Assembly (NCBI GenBank): GCA_035288925.1
Contig: DATDYS010000013.1
Coordinates: 22,168-86,167 of the forward strand
Length of the DNA: 64,000 nt
From: Candidatus Nanoarchaeia archaeon
GTDB taxonomy: Archaea > Nanobdellota > Nanobdellia > Woesearchaeales > GW2011-AR4
Direction: 5' to 3'
Shown piece after piece: positions 58,816-64,000 of the stretch (positions are counted from its first letter, which is position 1; each line of letters starts with the position of its first letter). Below the pieces are notes generated by a model. The model was not told where the DNA came from. It saw nothing but the letters and a program-made list of their open reading frames with translations, and made no database searches. The position numbers and the translations under genes were made by a program.

Positions 58816-59342
58816 GCCTTCCCTTTCAGCACTTTGCCGTTTACTTCCAATTCCTTTATCTTTGTTCTTAAGAAATCAATTGTTTTAGTGTTATCCTGAT
58901 GATTCAGAATAGATCCGCACTCAGGGCATCTGTATTCCAGGTCAACAGCTTTCTCAAAGCCAACCCTTACGCATGCGTTTGGGCACAGGTAAAAGTTTCC
59001 GAAATTTGCCTCTTCGTCTTTTAATCTTTGAGTATACTTGGAAAGTTTTTCTTTTGATGTCTTGTCAAGCAGTTCTTTAACCCGTTTCTTGTTGAAAGTC
59101 CAATAACTGATATACCATCCTTTCTGCCGGTCTTTCTTCCTGTAATAAGAAACAAGGTTGTGGTTGTAAAGCCTGTAAAGAATGTTCCTGACTTCGTGAA
59201 TGTCCCTGTCAACTTTCTCGGCAATCTTGAAATCCGAGATATTCTTCTTGTCTTTAAGGTACTCAATTATTTTTAACGAGTCTTCTCCAATTACTTCCTT
59301 GACTGTATCATTCACTTTGTTATTTGTTATTTTAGTTGTCAT
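58812..59342 (-). CDS. tfe: Transcription factor E (TFIIE-alpha)
   Basis: Winged helix VRNILYRL..R.KD...GW...YW plus Zn ribbon CPNAC..CPECG; start uncertain (59342 or 59363). Confidence 0.88.
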   Translation of the reverse strand: MTTKITNNKVNDTVKEVIGEDSLKIIEYLKDKKNISDFKIAEKVDRDIHEVRNILYRLYNHNLVSYYRKKDRQKGWYISYWTFNKKRVKELLDKTSKEKLSKYTQRLKDEEANFGNFYLCPNACVRVGFEKAVDLEYRCPECGSILNHQDNTKTIDFLRTKIKELEVNGKVLKGKA

Positions 59343-59616
59343 TGTGATTTCCTGTAATTTCAAATGATATAGGGCTATCCCAAACCGAATAAGCGCCTAT
59401 TCACCCCCTTTGATAATAACACAATACCTATAGCGAAACGTGACAAGTAATTACAGCAATAGAGCTAGAAGCTTACTGCATAGTTCTCACGGGTCTGGTA
59501 TATATAAACTTTATCATTATACAACATCTATTTTATAAACTATATATTAGGATTGTACTAATTAAGCTCACCCAGCCTGATAAAAGTTTTTATATTAAGC
59601 GTGATTTCCATGATTA

Positions 59617-60033
59617 ATGGCAACAGAAAAGAGCTGCGGTGCAGTTGTTTTTAAAAGAATGAAAGATAATTCTGCAAAATACCTGATTCTGCATTACATA
59701 AACGGGCATTGGGAATTCCCAAAAGGCCACATGGAAAAGAATGAGAAAGAAGAGCAGACTGCAATGCGCGAGATAAAGGAAGAAACCGCCTTAGAGGATG
59801 TGGAGTTCGTTGACGGATTCCGGGAAACGGTAAAATATTTCTTCAAGAAAGGCGAAGAGACTGTATACAAGGAAGTCATTTTCTTCCTTGGAGAAACCCA
59901 TTCTGATGAAGTCACACTGTCAAGCGAGCACATTGGTTATGCATGGCTGAATTACGAGCATGCTTACAAGAAATTAAACTTTAACAATTCCAAAGAGCTG
60001 CTGGAAAAGGCTGAGAAATTTTTGCATAAGTAA
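59617..60033 (+). CDS. NUDIX hydrolase (Ap4A hydrolase-like)
   Basis: WEFPKGH.E..E....TAMREIKEET, LSSEH. Confidence 0.9.
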   Translation: MATEKSCGAVVFKRMKDNSAKYLILHYINGHWEFPKGHMEKNEKEEQTAMREIKEETALEDVEFVDGFRETVKYFFKKGEETVYKEVIFFLGETHSDEVTLSSEHIGYAWLNYEHAYKKLNFNNSKELLEKAEKFLHK

Positions 60034-60087
60034 TAATGAGCCAATATTCTCCAAAACTTTAAATACAATAAAATTAAAGCCATTCCT

Positions 60088-61797
60088 ATGAAAAACTTTG
60101 AAGTCGCAGCGCTTCTTAATGAAATCGCCGATTACCTGGAATTTCAGAATGAGCCGTTCAAAGTGAGGGCGTACAGGAAAGCTGCCCTGATGATTAACGG
60201 GCTGTCGGAAGACATTGGGCAGATTTGGAAAGACAGCAAATTGGAAGAGCTGCCGGGAATCGGCGAGGGCATTGCAAAGAAAATTGATGATTTTCTGAAA
60301 AATAATAAATCAAAATATCTTGATGAATTAAAAAAGAAAACTCCGGTTGACATGGAGCAGCTCGGCACGATTGATGGCATCGGGCCAAAGACAATAATGA
60401 GATTGTACAGGGAATTGAAAATAAAAAATGTTAAAGATTTGGAAACGGCTGCAAAAAAAGGCAAAATACGAAAAATTGAAGGCCTCGGCCCAACTGTAGA
60501 AAAAAATATTCTGAAAAGCATTGATTTTGCAAGAACTTCCAAAAAAAGAGTTCTTTTGGGATTTGCCTTAAGCTATGCTGAAGAAATCGTTAACACGTTA
60601 AAAACACTAAAGGAAGTCAAAAGAGCGAATGTTGCCGGTTCAACAAGAAGAATGAAAGAGACAATAGGCGACATTGATATTTTAGTTACATCCCAAAACC
60701 CGGCAAAAGTCATTGAGTTCTTTGCAAAAATGCCAAATGTCGACCAGGTTCTTGCAAAAGGCGACACAAAATCTTCCATAAGGCTAAAAGAAGGAATTCA
60801 GGTTGACTTAAGGGTTGTTGATGATAAAATTTTTGGAGCCGCTTTGCTGTATTTCACTGGCAACCAGCAGCACAACATAATTCTGAGAAGAAGGGCAATC
60901 AAAAGGGGCCTGAAATTAAGCGAGTACGGATTGTTTGACAGAAAAAATGAAAAATTAATTGCAGGAAAAACTGAAGAAGAAATCTACAAAAAGCTTGGAT
61001 TAAGCTATATTGAGCCAGAGATGAGGGAAGATGAAGGCGAGATTGAAGCGTCACAGCTCGGCTCGCTGCCAAAAGTAATCGGCTACGATGGCATCAAAGG
61101 CGATTTGCAGATGCACACCAAATGGAGCGACGGCTCAAACACAATTGAGGAGATGGCCCTTGCCGCAAAAAAGCTCGGGCATGAATATATCTGCATAACT
61201 GACCACACCGGAAGATTGGCAATTGCAAATCCTCTTGATGAAAAAAGAATCCTGCAGCAGAAAAAGGAAATTAAAAAGGTAAATAAGAAAATTAAAGGAA
61301 TAACTGTATTGCACGGAACCGAAGTCAATATAACCGAAGACGGAAGTTTGGATATGAATGACCGAATTTTGAAACAATTTGATATTGTTATTGGCGCAAT
61401 TCATTCGGGCTTTAAGAATCCAAAGGAGAAAACAACTAAAAGAATGATTAGGGCAATGCAGAACGAAAATGTGGATATCATTGCGCATCCGACCGGAAGG
61501 CTGATTACCAAAAGAGAGGCTTACGAAATTGACCTGGAAAAAGTTTTCGATGAAGCAAAGAAAACGGGAACTGTGATGGAAATAAATTCTTACCCTGAAA
61601 GGATGGATTTGAAAGATACTGATGTCCGCGCAGCAATAAAAAATGGGGTTAAGCTGGTTATAAGCACAGACTCCCACAACACAGACCAATTAAAATTCAT
61701 AAAATTAGGAATCGGAACAGCAAGAAGAGGCTGGGCGAGGAAAGAGGATATCATCAACACGAGAAGCTTGAAGGAAATGATGAAGATGCTGAAATAA
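60088..61797 (+). CDS. polX: DNA polymerase X with PHP domain
   Basis: AYRKAA, GSTRR, GDIDIL, YFTG, HTKWSDG, ITDH, TDSH. Confidence 0.95.
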   Translation: MKNFEVAALLNEIADYLEFQNEPFKVRAYRKAALMINGLSEDIGQIWKDSKLEELPGIGEGIAKKIDDFLKNNKSKYLDELKKKTPVDMEQLGTIDGIGPKTIMRLYRELKIKNVKDLETAAKKGKIRKIEGLGPTVEKNILKSIDFARTSKKRVLLGFALSYAEEIVNTLKTLKEVKRANVAGSTRRMKETIGDIDILVTSQNPAKVIEFFAKMPNVDQVLAKGDTKSSIRLKEGIQVDLRVVDDKIFGAALLYFTGNQQHNIILRRRAIKRGLKLSEYGLFDRKNEKLIAGKTEEEIYKKLGLSYIEPEMREDEGEIEASQLGSLPKVIGYDGIKGDLQMHTKWSDGSNTIEEMALAAKKLGHEYICITDHTGRLAIANPLDEKRILQQKKEIKKVNKKIKGITVLHGTEVNITEDGSLDMNDRILKQFDIVIGAIHSGFKNPKEKTTKRMIRAMQNENVDIIAHPTGRLITKREAYEIDLEKVFDEAKKTGTVMEINSYPERMDLKDTDVRAAIKNGVKLVISTDSHNTDQLKFIKLGIGTARRGWARKEDIINTRSLKEMMKMLK

Positions 61798-61881
61798 GGA
61801 ATTCATTCTTTAAATTGTATTGCTTTAATAGTAGTTAATTACAAAATATTTATATAACGCGCATCTTTCCCCAGTCTTAAA

Positions 61882-62148
61882 ATGAGTATAAACGAATTGC
61901 TGGAAACTTATAGAAGTTTACGCACAGAGGATGCAAATCCGCAGCATAAGTATCAAAGAGGCTCGACTTCGCTGGCATCGGTATGGCAGGAAATTGTTTA
62001 TAACAAGCTCCCAGTAAGCCAATTTGACTTGCGTGCGATTTTAATGTATGGAATTGTGTCGTTGAAGCATCCGAAGGAATTGCCTGAATGGAAATTTGAA
62101 GAAACCAGAAGAAGTCTTGCATCGGTTGGCAGCGCAATCAGAACCTAG
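61882..62148 (+). CDS. Hypothetical protein
   Basis: 88 aa ORF with TTTATATAA upstream; no motif. Confidence 0.45.
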   Translation: MSINELLETYRSLRTEDANPQHKYQRGSTSLASVWQEIVYNKLPVSQFDLRAILMYGIVSLKHPKELPEWKFEETRRSLASVGSAIRT

Positions 62149-62241
62149 CTGAAAACTAATTTGCAGATAAAATAAGCTTAACACAATATTTTTATATAAG
62201 GTATAACTCTCCCGAATCAAAACTTTCAAAGGGGGGTTTAA

Positions 62242-63234
62242 ATGATAAACGTCGCAATAAACGGTTTTGGCAGGATCGGAAGATTAGTCCTAAGGGCAGG
62301 AATGAAGGATAAAAGCATAAACTGGGTTGCTGTCAATGATGTGACTGATGCAAAGACTCTGGCCCATTTGTTCAAATATGATTCTGTGCATGGAAAATAT
62401 GAAGGAACAGTCGAGCACACTGATGACTCTCTAGTAATTGACGGAAAGAAAATAAAAGTCTTGTCTGTGCTGGATGCGGCAAAATACCCCTGGAAAGAAT
62501 TGAATATCGACGTCGTTGTTGAAAGCACCGGAAAATTCACCGACAGGGCGGGAACTGAGATGCACCTTAAAGCGGGGGCAAAAAAAGTCCTGCTCAGCGC
62601 GCCAGGAAAAGGAATGGACCTTACAATTGTAATGGGCGTCAATGACGAAATGTATGACAAAAACAATCACCATATTGTTTCAAATGCGTCATGCACGACA
62701 AACTGCCTTGCGCCAGTTGTAAAAGTCCTTAACGATAACTTTGGCGTCAAAAGAGGGTTTATGACAACAGTCCATGCTTACACGGCAGACCAAAAATTAG
62801 TTGATGCCCCGCACAAGGACTTGAGAAGGTCAAGAAGCGCGGCAGTCTCCATAATACCAACAACAACCGGAGCTGCAAAATCAATCGGTGAAGTGATTCC
62901 AGAATTGAAGGGAAAGCTGGACGGCATTTCATTAAGAGTTCCCATACCGACCGGCTCTGTGACTGATTTGGTGTGCGAGCTGGAAAAGGAAACAACCAAA
63001 GAAGAGATAAATGAAACTTTCAAGAAAGCGGCAGAGAAGCTCAAAGGAATACTTGAATATTCAGAAGAGCCGCTGGTCTCGGTTGATATAGTAACCGACC
63101 CGCACTCGTCAATACTGGACTCGCAGCTCACGAACGTCATCGGCGGCAGCTTCGTAAAAGTTGTTGCATGGTATGACAACGAGTGGGGATTTTCAGTGAG
63201 AATGATTGATGTGATTAAATTGCTGATGAAGTGA
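62242..63234 (+). CDS. gap: Glyceraldehyde-3-phosphate dehydrogenase, type I (bacterial-like)
   Basis: [28 protein letters not shown]. Confidence 0.97.
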   Translation: MINVAINGFGRIGRLVLRAGMKDKSINWVAVNDVTDAKTLAHLFKYDSVHGKYEGTVEHTDDSLVIDGKKIKVLSVLDAAKYPWKELNIDVVVESTGKFTDRAGTEMHLKAGAKKVLLSAPGKGMDLTIVMGVNDEMYDKNNHHIVSNASCTTNCLAPVVKVLNDNFGVKRGFMTTVHAYTADQKLVDAPHKDLRRSRSAAVSIIPTTTGAAKSIGEVIPELKGKLDGISLRVPIPTGSVTDLVCELEKETTKEEINETFKKAAEKLKGILEYSEEPLVSVDIVTDPHSSILDSQLTNVIGGSFVKVVAWYDNEWGFSVRMIDVIKLLMK

Positions 63235-63302
63235 TTGATTTTTATTTTGATTATTTTTTTCTTAACTTTTAATTGCTGCAGGATTTCTAGATAAATTAAT
63301 CT

Positions 63303-63396
63303 TAAGGGAGGGAACTTTACATTTGCACTCAATGTGGTTTATCCGCCCTCCAGCCACCCGTAACTATTTTATATCGGGCGCGCTTCCCGGAATGTA
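63303..63396. repeat. Structured repeat family B, copy 3 (abuts truD start)
   Basis: TAAGGGAGGGAAC-N8-TGCAC-N16-GCCCTCCAGCCACCC. Confidence 0.8.
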
Positions 63397-64000
63397 TGTA
63401 CCAAATAAAAGCAATTCCAAAAGATTTCATCGTAAAAGAAGTAAGCAAGTTTAACACAAAAGAGAATGGCCAATACGCATATTTCCTTCTCAAAAAAACC
63501 AATTATTCCACGGTAAAGTCGCTGGAAGTTCTGTCTGAAAAACTTAATATTCCATTAAAAAATATCGGCTTTGCCGGTAACAAAGACCGAAATGCAGTCA
63601 CGGAACAGGCAATCTCAGTCCTCAAAGGAAGTAGAAACGCTGAAAATCTCAGCTTAAGGGGCATTGAATTAAAATATTTGGGAAACGGAAAAGAGCCGAT
63701 TTCTTTGGGTGATTTGGAAGGCAATGAATTCACAATTACTGTGCGGAATTTAAATGATAATGAAGTTAAAAAAATAAAAAACCTGGAAAATAAAAAGATA
63801 AACGTGCCAAACCTATTCGGGCCACAGAGGTTCAGCAATAACAACCATCTCGCCGGAAAATCCATTATAAAAAAAGATTTCAAAAAAGCTGTTGGGCTGA
63901 TTATGGAAAATGAAGGAAACATCGAGAATGAAATCCAAGGATATCTTGAAAATAAAAAAAATGACTATGCCGGAGCATTAAGGCTGATTCCGCTAAAAAC
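63396..64000 (+). CDS. truD: tRNA pseudouridine(13) synthase TruD, partial
   Basis: Manual translation MYQIKAIPKDFIVKE..GFAGNKDRNAVTEQ..GNEF..PNLFGPQRF; runs off window end. Confidence 0.92.
   Translation, partial: MYQIKAIPKDFIVKEVSKFNTKENGQYAYFLLKKTNYSTVKSLEVLSEKLNIPLKNIGFAGNKDRNAVTEQAISVLKGSRNAENLSLRGIELKYLGNGKEPISLGDLEGNEFTITVRNLNDNEVKKIKNLENKKINVPNLFGPQRFSNNNHLAGKSIIKKDFKKAVGLIMENEGNIENEIQGYLENKKNDYAGALRLIPLK

Overview
Archaeal chromosomal window, most likely a DPANN archaeon of Woesearchaeota type. This is inferred from archaeal EF-1alpha, S10, SRP54, TFE, TATA boxes and BHB-intron tRNAs alongside bacterial-type ThrRS and GAPDH and an AMP phosphorylase. In order it holds: a MoxR/VWA/DUF58 operon; thrS; srp54; three tandem paralogues of unknown function; five tRNA genes (Tyr, Leu, Thr, Val, Ser), all intron-split, with 8 introns of which 4 are non-canonical; tuf-rpsJ; a ~15 kb aromatic amino acid super-cluster (trpEGDC-BA, aroF, aroB, a four-domain AroA-AroK-AroD-AroE fusion, aroC, CM-TyrA, pheA; no trpF); a ~8 kb island beside tRNA-Ser (QueE, BpsA-like, carbamoyltransferase, KsgA-like, PIG-L deacetylase, GT2, QueC fusion, methyltransferase); then a P-type ATPase, elp3, patatin, an RsmB/NOP2 methylase, tfe, NUDIX, PolX-PHP, gap and partial truD. 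The strongest unexplained signals are: (i) the QueE/QueC-carbamoyltransferase-BpsA island, a candidate new biosynthetic or modification system; (ii) a three-copy ~90-110 nt element with fixed-length variable spacers and covarying pairing, one copy read in frame inside elp3; (iii) a modular hairpin repeat family found both between genes and inside tRNA introns; (iv) the AROM-like fusion. All calls are by-eye motif recognition; no database searches or folding programs were run.
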